Below, one piece after another: positions 52,754-62,900 of a stretch of DNA of 64,000 nucleotides (position 1 is the stretch's first letter; every line of letters begins with the position of its first letter). This DNA is from Paramoeba atlantica (Eukaryota > Protista > Discosea): positions 62,001-126,000 of the forward strand of contig CDRNVI010000065.1 of assembly GCA_977017575.1 (NCBI GenBank), read 5' to 3'. The position numbers and the translations under genes were made by a program. The notes beneath the pieces were generated by a model. That model did no database searches. It worked only from the letters and a program-made list of their open reading frames with translations, and was not told the DNA's origin.

Positions 52754-53527
52754 TTATCGAACAACCATTACTACGAGAAGAATGATTACTATGATCACAA
52801 TAAGGACAATACCTCCCATCCAGTAAGACATCTTTTTTCTAATCGTAGAAGACGCATGTGATTTACGAAGTACGCGATCCCCCTTCTCGACATTTTCTCT
52901 TGTTTGCTCGATATTTAGTTTTGTGTCATGTAATCCTGATTCTTGTGTAATTACCCAATCTTTCATTTCGGTATGCATTGCATGAAGGTCGTTAAGGTCT
53001 GACTCAAGCTGAATTACTTCATGTGCGTTTTCTTTTTGAAGTGTTTCTTCGGTACGCAACAACCCGCCATAGTTCTTTGGCCTTGACATGCGCGCTGGAT
53101 TTCCAGTGAGACTGCATGATTCTCTTTTATGATGATTAGTCTCATGTAGATCATCTTTCGTGTACCTAGCAACGAGAGGTAACAATTTGTTTGCCCTTTG
53201 CAGAAGAAAATAGTGATGCGAATATAGTTGCTGTAGCTGGTTTAAATAACCCTCTAGAGAACTGTCTGGTTCGTTACGCAGATCTTTACGATGGATTGTA
53301 TCAGGTACCTGCGAGCAAAGCGTATCACATAATCTTCCATAGTTTTGTACGTGTTCCACTGCCACAATGAGCTCGTGGCTTATTAAAGAGGTCTTAGTAC
53401 CTCCTTCCAAACCATGATAAATGGAATAGGTGCGATCCAAAAGCATCTCAAACTTGTTCAAATGATACTCCAGTTGCAGTGTCAAGGAAGATAAAGTTAT
53501 CGTGTCGTGAGAAATTTTCTGCGTCAT
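52754..53527 (-). CDS. Syntaxin-family (Qa-like) SNARE
   Basis: SNARE heptads EVIQLESDLNDLHAMHTEMKDWVITQESGLHDTKLNIEQTRENVEKG and a C-terminal TM anchor. Confidence 0.8.
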   Translation of the reverse strand: MTQKISHDTITLSSLTLQLEYHLNKFEMLLDRTYSIYHGLEGGTKTSLISHELIVAVEHVQNYGRLCDTLCSQVPDTIHRKDLRNEPDSSLEGYLNQLQQLYSHHYFLLQRANKLLPLVARYTKDDLHETNHHKRESCSLTGNPARMSRPKNYGGLLRTEETLQKENAHEVIQLESDLNDLHAMHTEMKDWVITQESGLHDTKLNIEQTRENVEKGDRVLRKSHASSTIRKKMSYWMGGIVLIVIIVIILLVVMVVR

Positions 53528-53742
53528 ATTCTGTCCATCGCTTGACCTACAGACATTCTTTTACTGATGTTCATCCTCCGATCATATTACTACTAAACTT
53601 TAATGTACTGGTTTAAATGTCTGTTTTAGTGCTATGAGACAAAAATACGCAAAAATGGCCCCATTTTTAGCTACGAACCGGCTATTTTGGGTTCAAATCC
53701 TTCCACTTTTTTCGGCTGTCGAAGGTAATTTTTCTTTTTTTA

Positions 53743-53837
53743 GGCTCTTCGTTAAACGCGGAGGTAGTTTTCAACGCGAAGCTCGCAGCATGAGTGACTT
53801 CAAAGTTGAAAACGACCACCGCGTTTAACGAAAAGCG
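53743..53837. mobile_element. 95-bp hairpin MITE, copy 2
   Basis: Same length as and highly similar to 18493-18587; TA flanks. Confidence 0.8.
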
Positions 53838-54758
53838 TAAAATCTCAAAGCTTTCTTTTATTTAAGAATTTCTACAATATTGGATTTCGCATACAGTGTT
53901 GTATTAAATTAGGATATTATTTAATTACGAATTTAAGGATTTTTTTTGGCGAAAATAATCTTAATTGAATAATATCGTGATTAAATAGTATCGTAATTGA
54001 ATATTGCCGTAAATAAATATTATCGTAAGTAAATTCTTAATTTTGTTTTTCCAATATTTTCAAGAACATGACATACTGTAGGTAAATTGTTTTGAACGAG
54101 TGCATTGAACGAGTAAAACCCGTAGAAAATTAATACGTGTATGTTACAGTGGTCGTCACCAATCTGAGAGTCACGAAAATGAGAATGACCCTCTCAAGAA
54201 TGACAAATCATCGTGTCAACGTTCAACTCAAAAAGGGCCTTGAAAATGAGAATGAGAATGGATCAAAAGGGCCCCTGTTGTGCAATCTGGGCCTCGAAAA
54301 GGAAACACCCGCATAAAAATTCAGCTACTGCAGTGGTGAGGGTGATGACCTTGGACACTATGCAGTTGTCCACTGCCATCCGGTGCCATGCGCTGCCATC
54401 CAGTGCCATCCAAAACGGAGATATGAGCGAGGACCGAAGACCTTTTATTTTGATTTTGAGGACCGAAGAACATTCCATTTCCGCCGGATGTTGTGGGACA
54501 AGTGATGGCCATGATATGAAAAAGCGGCTAATGTCGGATTCAATTGTACTCATTTTTCAAAAACAAGTCTTTTTCTTTCCTTTTGCAAAATAAGATTTTA
54601 TGTACAAACCTTGAGTCTTACTAACTCCGCAGTTTCCAGTCCCAAGCCTGGAGCTGGTCAACACAACAAGACCGGGGGAGGAGGGGTAACTCGAAAGATT
54701 ATTTGCCACCATGGTACATAAGTGTATTTGTCTTGAATGAGCAGGGTTGAATGAGTCG

Positions 54759-55041
54759 GGCCCATAGTGCCTGAAGGATCAGGCCTGACGGAAGCTGTGA
54801 TGCTTTGAGAGTAGAGTTACTGGCCCATAATGCCTGAAGGGTGGGGCCTAAGCGAAGCTGTGATGCTTTGAGAGTGGGGTTACTGGCCCATAATGCCTGA
54901 AGGGTGGGGCCTCAGCGAAGCTGTGATGCTTTGAGAGTGGGGTTACTGGCCCATAATGCCTGAAAGGCGAGGTCTAAGCGAAGCTGTGATGCTTTGAGAG
55001 TAGGCTTGCTGGCTCCTAATGTCTGACGGGTGGGGTTAAGC
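54759..55041. repeat. 63-bp tandem repeat, about 4.5 copies
   Basis: Units start at 54759, 54822, 54885, 54948 and 55011; consensus GGCCCATAATGCCTGAAGGGTGGGGCCTAAGCGAAGCTGTGATGCTTTGAGAGTGGGGTTACT. Confidence 0.95.
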
Positions 55042-55535
55042 CTATTTTGCGCTCCCATTGGGTAGCAAAAGGGCGCTTTGGCACCGTACGTGAATATGTG
55101 TGTGAATATGAAAAGAGACAAGATATCCCATTGTTCAGACGTTGTCAGCACTTGCACTTCTGAATGTTTAATTCGAAGTCAATGGAAGGGGGATGAAGGT
55201 GAACAAAAATGACTCTCATGGTTTGCGCCTGAAAACGGCGGAGTTAGTAAGACTCAAGGTTTGTACTTAAAGTATAATTTATGGTTATAAATGACATTTT
55301 ATGTACAATACTTGAGGATGAATAACGAGTATATACAGGCCCTAGCCTGTTTAATATGGGCTGGAAGGGCAATGGTAGTCAATGTGGCTGGATCCGAGGA
55401 TCTAGAAAAAAAACTTTTAAGAAAAAGATCCTACGAATATTGAGAAGACTGTGATTGAAAAAGTAGAGGTGGACTGACCAGTGTAACAACGAAAAGTGTG
55501 TTTATTTTCGATATACTTTGTTTCTTGTATCCTCG

Positions 55536-56111
55536 ATGGCGAAGCGCAAGAGTGATTCTTCAAAGGGAAGTTTCCGCAAGAAGGCAGCTCGTACCATGCA
55601 ACAGGAGGCAAGAGACAATGAATTGCTGGACTCGGTTCTTTTGCTTCGTGAGCAGCAAGGTATGATGATTGCTGCAGAAGAGGCCAACCGACTTAGAATC
55701 ACGCAGGAGGCGAAAGACGAAATTATTGCTCTGATGAGTATGGTGACAGGTGTGTTACCGCAACTCAAGACGAGCGAGTCGATGTCTCCTCCGGGAGCGT
55801 GTATTTCACAAGGTGCTCCTGAGTCAGCCACTACTGAACATGTACCTGATCTTCGGGATCTATCTACAATGTTCAAGTCAGTTGCTGGATCCATGACTGA
55901 AGCCATTCTTTCAGTGATAGGAGAAAGCACGCGACGAAGTGGAGAAGAACGAAAGACGAATCGTAAAATTTCTCTTTCGATGGCAGAGGACTGTATCGGT
56001 ACACAGTCATATCCGAAGGTTTCCGCAGGATTTCAGCGGGGTTTAACGTGCCTTCGACTTGAAAACTTTGGTGTCGCATGTGGGCCAAACCTCGAAGTTT
56101 TGCCACATTGA
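55536..56111 (+). CDS. 191-aa ORF inside the IR-bounded element (basic N-terminus, coiled coil; possible gag-like remnant)
   Basis: ATG 55536, MAKRKSDSSKGSFRKKAAR then a helical acidic stretch. It lies opposite to the host gene strand and its stop falls just inside the right IR. Confidence 0.4.
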   Translation: MAKRKSDSSKGSFRKKAARTMQQEARDNELLDSVLLLREQQGMMIAAEEANRLRITQEAKDEIIALMSMVTGVLPQLKTSESMSPPGACISQGAPESATTEHVPDLRDLSTMFKSVAGSMTEAILSVIGESTRRSGEERKTNRKISLSMAEDCIGTQSYPKVSAGFQRGLTCLRLENFGVACGPNLEVLPH

Positions 56112-56299
56112 CTACCATTGCCCTTCCAGCCCATATTAAACAGGCTAGGGCCTGTATATACTCGTTATTCATCCTCAAGCATTGTACATAAAATGTCATT
56201 TATAACCCTAGGTCATAAATTATACATTTTCTCGGTCTCTTCTTGTGCGTTCTTTGTCATGTAAATGTGCGGACCTGAGTTGAATTTTAAAGTGAAAGC

Positions 56300-57097
56300 A
56301 TGATGGAGACACAACAAAAACTTTTGAAGATTTTTTGCGTTGTGACCGAAGAGAAGCTGAGTGCAAATCCTCGTTTTACAAACATCATGAAGAGATCCAA
56401 AGAATCCAACTATCACCTTTTCTCATCCAGTAACTACATATACGCATACCTCTTTCAGCAAACCCTCATGATGCGTCTAGCCATTGCGCTTCCGAATGCA
56501 CCGAACAGTATTTCGTGTCCGGGTTGTGGGACAAATGAGTCGTCAAGCAGCATAGCTCCGCACGTCGCAGGATGCTCCCGATGCGCCGGGATGAATTGTA
56601 CCAAGAAGCATTCGCACATCGTACGGCACTTATCAAACTTATGCGCCAAAGCGGGTCTTCCATGCGCTGTTGAACCTCTCCTGTATTCATCGTTCTTTTG
56701 CACAAAATGCAAATGTTCGATCTCGCCCGAAGCAGCGGAACGACACCCGTGACGCGCCAGATGCGTAAGATCGGGTCCAGATCTAGAGATAATGTGGCCG
56801 GACGTTGGGGAAGTGTTATACGACGTCACAATAGTCCATGCGTGTTGCAGTAGTTACCAAAAAATCAGTAGCAGGGCTCTCTTGCAAAATGCAGTGGAAA
56901 GGAAACACCGCAAATACGTAGTTGAAAAAGGCTTAGATAAAGATTATTTTCGATGCATAGCGGTGATTGATTGTGGTTTAATGCACGAGGATAAGAAGAA
57001 TTTAATCAAAACCCTTGCACAACGGGCAGACCTTGACTATCAAACCACGCGCGATTCCTTCCAACTAGAAATCGAAAAAATTGCTGCTTTCACGTAG
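56300..57097 (+). mobile_element. 3' relic of a CRE/SLACS-like non-LTR retrotransposon (CCHC plus restriction-like endonuclease)
   Basis: CPGCG...PHVAGC knuckle, KKHSHIVRHL...AGLPCAVEP, GPDL...YDVTIVH and KHRKY...FRCIAV..CG. ORFs 56300-56752 and 56792-57097 are in one frame, separated by a single TGA; no RT upstream. Confidence 0.75.
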
Positions 57098-57280
57098 TTT
57101 CGCAACTCCGCCAATATATGCCAACAGAACCGTGGCAAGGAGGACTCAGCCATTAATCCCGAAGGAAATACACAACTCAGAAGGTTTGATATATTAATTG
57201 AATCTTTGCATGTTGAGTCGTTCTGTCTGACAGTTCTGATCGAACCGATGATGGTTTCGTGTTGTTATGAATTGGATTTT

Positions 57281-57464
57281 GGCACCACCCGGTACCAAAT
57301 ATAACAGGGTACAAAACAACTAGGGTGAGTGATATGGCCGTTTTTATAATACATCCGTTCTTCTCTTCTCTCCTTCTCCTCTGCTATTGACTGACATTGT
57401 TTTGATGGTGGCACCATCCGGTACCAAATATAACAAGGTACTACATAACTAGGATGAGTGCCAT
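57281..57464. repeat. About 55-bp direct repeat at 129-bp spacing
   Basis: GGCACCA(C/T)CCGGTACCAAATATAACA(G/A)GGTAC...AACTAGG(G/A)TGAGTG at 57281 and 57410. Confidence 0.8.
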
Positions 57465-57696
57465 GCGGGCTTGTTTTTTGACAGCACATGTTCGTAATAT
57501 ATAGCAGTTTATAAACCCCCGCTCACGAATAAGTGACCCCCCTTATTTTTAGCACAGGGGGGCATGGGTGGGTTATCATACCACTTTTTCGTTCAAAATT
57601 TAGAGATCTGTACGTTCCCGCTGTTTTTAGCTCATTTTAAAATTTTAAAATTTAGTCAAAAAAAAATATTGGTTTTTCAACTTTTTTTTTCGAAAA

Positions 57697-58218
57697 ATGA
57701 CCAAATCACCATATCGGCTCCCAAAAGGGGGGCTTACGGATAGTGGCAAGGTTCTTCTGAAGATGAGACGGGGAGAAGGTGTTCCGATAAAACAATTATC
57801 CCGTGATTTTAACGTCCTTAGAAGGATAATCAAAAAATATCTGAACGAAAAAAAATGTAGCGGGGAATACACTATGAGTCCTGTGACCATTAAAAAAATC
57901 GAATCTCGCAAAAAGAAAATTGAAAAGATATTGGCTCCTCTCGACCCCGCTGGGGTACCAAAATTCAATTCTTCAAGGCGTATAAAAGGCCAACTGTGTA
58001 AAAAAGGTATACAAGTTTCGCAAAGCACTGTAAAGCGAGATCTAGCATCGCTGGATTACAATTATGCCGCTCGCCCAGTATGCCAAGGGCTTACCGAACG
58101 ACAAAAGCAAAAAAGAGTTCAATTTGCTTTGAATTACAAATTCGATACTGCCCGTGTTATTTTTACGGCCGAAAAAATCCGTAATTATATATCCGTAATT
58201 AAATACGATGGTAATTAA
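57697..58218 (+). pseudogene. Tc1-like transposase N-terminal half, truncated at the first catalytic motif
   Basis: HTH region, VSQSTVKRDL and CQGLTERQKQKRVQFALNYK, then RVIFTAEK (Asp replaced by Ala) and unrelated sequence. Confidence 0.8.
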
Positions 58219-58495
58219 ATACAACACTGTAATTTAATTGATCGCATTCGAAATAGAGAAGCGTATTTTGAATTTGTTTTTTTCTGGAAGTCTAGATCGA
58301 AAGGGGTCGTCAAAAAATACTAGGTAAAGAAGGGAAATGCGTCAAAAAGGAAGAAGCGTATCGGTAGAAAAACGACAGATCGCGCACATAAAACTTACCA
58401 CAAAAACCAAATGATACCCCCCTCATACAGTACCCCTCTTGATCACGTGCTTTGAACAGGTAAGAGATATTGTGATAAGGTGATTTGCTGTTATC

Positions 58496-59103
58496 TCTCG
58501 TGGAGAAAAGTCGAAAATAGTTCGATTCCACCCTTATGTCACTAGGTTGGTTTGTGCTCACGAGGTGGACCAAGGGGCCTCTTTGCGCGAAACCGTTCAA
58601 ATGATGAACTGTTCCCATACTTCTGTATCGCGCTTGATGTAACATCGTTTTAGAGAAACGGCTGGTGTACAACACGGTGTAAAGCGAAAGAGGTACACAC
58701 GCGAAAACACTTGTGATACTGACGGGTTTCGACAGATGCTTGCTGGCCTCGTGGAAAAAAAGAACAAGAAGCTACTTGAAGAACACGACGATATTTGATT
58801 GCCCAGAGTTTAAATGGATGTTTCGAATGATTGATAAAAATGGATTCCCGTGCAGCTTGAAAACTGTGGGAAGAATTTTAAAAAAGCATGGGATACATTA
58901 AAGTATTCAGCCGCAAACCAATGCTAACTCCACAACACAAAGAAAATCGTTTAAGGTTGGCTGATTACTTTGAAGGATTGAATGGCAGCCAAACGTCCAA
59001 AATTATTTGGACGGACGAAAAAACATTCAGGTGCCCCTCACATGAAAAAAAAGAACCTACTTTGCCATGTAATTCTCCAACGTTTACTTCTAAAGCTACT
59101 TAA
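58496..59103 (+). pseudogene. Degenerate Tc1-like transposase (stops and two frameshifts)
   Basis: Three frames joined by hand give GASLRETVQMMNCSHTSVSRLM*HRFRETAG, GFPCSLKTVGRILKKHG and RKPMLTPQHKENRL...KIIWTDEKTF. Confidence 0.75.
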
Positions 59104-59514
59104 TTGAGGGAGATACTACTCCCTCGCTATCCTATATTAATAATTTTCGCCCGACAAAACATTTTTGGGAAAAAGTTTTTTCGCAAAGAATCTAAGGCAA
59201 GACCATACACTGATAGTTTTAAGAACGAAAAACGTACCGTTTGGACGACTCGAGACCCCTTTCTTCGGAAACGTTTTTCAAACCCCAATTTGCCACATGC
59301 GTATATGTATCCGTGTATACATATTGTATGTATTCTTTTTTCAGCTGGAAGCGTGGGATACGAAAGGCCGTAGAGGAAGGAGGAGGCGCAAGGCAAAAAG
59401 GCAGAAGGCGGAGACGACGACTTCCTCGCGTGGGAAGCTGTAAGGAGTCCTAGGTAACATGTTTTTACTGTATAACCCAAGGTAAAGTGGACGAGGGAGA
59501 TACCAATAGTGTAG

Positions 59515-59616
59515 GTGCGGCAATTTTCCACAGGAAAAACGGTGTCTCCCTTATGGCATGAAGACAGGCGCCTAAAAAGGTGGAAATACCGTTTGTCCTG
59601 TGGAAAACTGCCGCAC
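59515..59616. repeat. 102-bp hairpin (about 35-bp arms), MITE-like
   Basis: GTGCGGCAATTTTCCACAGGAAAAACGGTGTCTCC pairs with GGAAATACCGTTTGTCCTGTGGAAAACTGCCGCAC with 4 mismatches. Confidence 0.7.
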
Positions 59617-59973
59617 TGTGGAAAACTTCCGCTTCATTGTTTTGAACGAAAAATTGTTAGTTGACCGCATTGTTGAAGTTAAGAACACATTGTTAGTTGA
59701 ACTCAACCACCGTGATTAAATAATATCATTGTGGACGATATGGTAATATGTTTCAATTGCTTCGTGTCACGAGTTTTTGCGTCACAAATAAGAGTGCACT
59801 CAAAATTCTGTACTCTTACAGTCTCTAATGTAGAAGTTAAGAGTTCTCTCTAAGAGTTAGAGTCTCTAATCTAAGCCCGTAGAGATGTCGATACTGGAGG
59901 TGAGGAGAAGCCTACTGCAGGAATTTGGGTGTTAAAATTTAAGATGCCTTTAAATTCCAACATTTTGTACGAT

Positions 59974-62900
59974 TTATGTCAAATGAGGTCCGAGAAATAC
60001 AACTAAAAGTGCGCCTAGTACTGTTGTAAGAAATGGGACCATTGAAAAAGGTCGCGAGAGTTGTGTGAGAATGGATACAAAACTGGCGGTGTGTGTCATA
60101 ACTGGCATATTCGTGTACAACAAAAGCACAGCTATACAAATTAAGAAACTTCCTATTATCGTATAGACATGCTTTTTATCTTGTTTTCTGGCGTAAGTAA
60201 GGGCTTGGATGTGGATTAGCACAAGTAGCGTGCAAAAGACCATAGTTCCATAATGTTGCAATGTCAACGAATGGGCCGAGTCCAAGCCATCATGTTGCAT
60301 GAAAGCGTAGCATAGACCAAACACAACCAGCGCTTGAAAAACTGCGGTTGATAACCAGAATAGAATCATAGATTCGATATTAAAGTATTGCTGCTTTTCC
60401 CGCAGAGGAACGTACAAGCTTGGGTAACTTTCAAGGAGAACTTCAGGGTGATCCTTTTGCCACATTCCCATAGAAAGAGGAATGAGAGAGGTAAAGAAAA
60501 GATTAAAGAAGACGAGAAGCCACGAGTCAAACATTGTCGTCCCGCTACATGCTGCAAACCACGCATAAAAAATTTGACAGAAAGAAAGTAGAAGGTTTTT
60601 GTAGAAAGAGTACCCAATACAGGTAGCGTTGCGATACAGCGCGTAGCGACCATGTACGAACAAAAGTCTCTTCAAGTGCCGAAATCGAGGAAGTGCATAA
60701 TCAGAGGCTAAGACAGCTTGTGAACCTTCACGACCCATAATGCCAATGCCAACCTTGGCTTCTTGTATCATGCTTACATCGTTGGCGCCATCCCCAACGG
60801 CAATGGCTGTGACGTCAGAACTTGTAATATGACGCTCATAATAAAGAAAGATTAGGTCAATAATTCTTTTTATTCGATTCATGAACCTCTTGAATAGATG
60901 CCAATGAAGGGGACAAGGGGTACTAGAAGGTTCGCAAGTCTGATCGAGAGAAAATCTACGTTTGCCTTGTGCTGGCGTATGTAATCCTCTTTGGATTGCA
61001 CGGACAAGACTGGATTTTTGAAGTGGAGTTAGTCTACAGCATACAACTGAACTAATACGGCGGCTCACGTCAAGGAGAAGCTCTAAATGATTTTCGATAA
61101 TAAATTGCACTGATGGTCCATTAACCACGAGACAAACACCTCTTAAACATGTCTGCAGCTCGTCATCTACGTAGGACAGATCTTCGTCGTAAATTTGACA
61201 CTTGTTTATGGAGCGAACAGGATACGTCTTGCAAATATCTTCTAATTGTTTCTGAACACCATCAAAAGAGCACTCATTCCCGTTTCTTTCTTGCGGCAAA
61301 AGCGGTTCAATTTTTTTTGACATGCTTTCGTGCTTTGAATTTTCGGCTCCAACGTGAATGATGTCATCCGTTTCCCAATTCACCAAACCACTCTGTGATG
61401 CTACATTGAGTGCAGTTTCACGCATATCACCTGTCAATAACCACACATCGATTCCTGCTTGCCTTAGAGATTTTATTGTCTCTGGGACCCCGTCCTGTAA
61501 TCTATCTTCTATTGCCGTTGTTCCAAGTAATGACATATCCTTTTCGAGACTCTTGCAGCAAAGATCTATTTTTTCTTGACGCTCTACAGTGTCAAGTGTT
61601 TGAAGAGCATCCTGGTAGGAGGCATCCCATATAGAAAAATCATCCTCTTCAAGATATTTGTATGCGAAAACCAAAGTTCGGAGTCCACAAGTGCCAAATT
61701 CATGAAGCGCCTGTCTTGTTACGTCAATTGCTCTACCCTGTGGGGATGGGTGTTCTTCATTTTCACAAGGAAAAATGATCGGTAACACGGAACTATCGGC
61801 TCCTTTAGTAAACATAATCAGACGACCGTTCGGGTCTCTTAACACAGTGGACATCATCTTCCGCTGAGGGGTAAACTCAAGTTCCGCCTCTCGTACATAC
61901 TTTTCAAATTTGTATGAAAAACTCGAGCTAAGGAATGCTGCAGCACTTTCGATCTGACCGTTAATTCTTTTTTCATGTGCTTCAAAAACTGGAGAATTCT
62001 CCCAAATTTCACCAGCTTCCACCGCTATGGTACTTATAAATTCATCTCGATGTATGAGAGTTACGCCATGGTTAGCCGCTCCTTTGACTAGCGCTATCTC
62101 ATCCGGAGAATGCCCCTCAAATGCTAACTCTCGGGGGTAACGCTCGTCCTTTAGATCCTCTGTAGAAGGCAGCGATTGATGTACTGTTTCCTCATGGCGC
62201 TTGTAAGTACTCACACCTGCTATTTGTAGAAAAATATCCCAAAGCCGAAAGAGAGCGCGAAAAATTCTCCTGTCAGGTAGCGAGGACGAGTTCTTGTTTT
62301 CTTGAAGAACAGCACGATTTAATCCCTTTGGTAATGGCAGCACCTGATTGCAGAGTGCTAGGGATCGCCAATACAAGCTCTCGCATGCGATCGTGATTTT
62401 TATCGGAGATTCAAATATCGTGTCATTCATGGGTAATGGAGAGTGCTTGAAGGTGCTTGGAGTCCTCAAAAGCTTTCCTATCGAGAGATTTCTATCAGGA
62501 CGTATAAGAATGGAATTATTGGCCGGAGAACGCACTGAACCACCTGGGGAACGTCCTCCAGAATCATTCGTATCTCTCCTAGAGGAAGCTCTGCTGACAG
62601 TTTCCATGCAATATGCATTTTGAATAGTCCCACCTACGTAATGCATTACATTTTCAGTGAGGGTTCCAGTCTTATCCGTAAATACATGCTTAACTTGACT
62701 GAGCTGTTCATTCAGGTTCGTCGTACGGGCGAGAGATTGTCTTGTGTATCCAGAAACTTTGTCACAAAATGATAACTCCGGATCTTGATTTATGTAATAA
62801 CCTTGTACCGCTTTGCATACTTCGAGGGTAACGAAAAGTGAAACTGGTATCATGTAACTCAAAAGCACAAAGTACGTCATGTATCGGGAAATAAAATCGA

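Larger units (their letters stand above)
54595..56230. mobile_element. Non-autonomous element with DIRS-like ITR/ICR geometry, flanked by an ATTTT duplication
   Basis: IR pair 54602-54630/55238-55266 (29/29) abuts IR pair 55283-55388/56102-56207 (105/106); ATTTT at 54595-99 and 56226-30. The repeats are directly seen; the DIRS label is inferred. Confidence 0.65.

Noticed and set aside
53657-53712. tRNA-like signals: TAGC...GCTA hairpin, perfect B-box GGTTCAAATCC and a T6 run
   Set aside because: No anticodon arm, no pairing acceptor stem, and too short for a cloverleaf; at most a degenerate Pol III-like or SINE remnant. tRNAscan-SE would settle it.
13917-54984. GCGAAGC mini-hairpin motif recurring in repeats (13917 reverse, 18526, 53776, 54852, 54915, 54978)
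   Set aside because: The same 7-mer also occurs inside genes (near 6340, 7940, 43092 and 44520), and several hits are expected by chance in 64 kb, so there is no enrichment.
54759-55041. Possible CRISPR-like array
   Set aside because: Units are contiguous near-identical 63-mers without unique spacers; eukaryotic context and no cas genes.
58310-58675. 121-aa minus-strand ORF
   Set aside because: Antisense to the degenerate Tc1 N-terminus on the plus strand; no motif of its own.
14899-59103. Fanzor/TnpB cargo associated with the Tc1-like elements
   Set aside because: I found no RuvC or zinc-finger (CxxC...DRDxNAAxNI) remnants in or beside any element; the full element has room only for the transposase.
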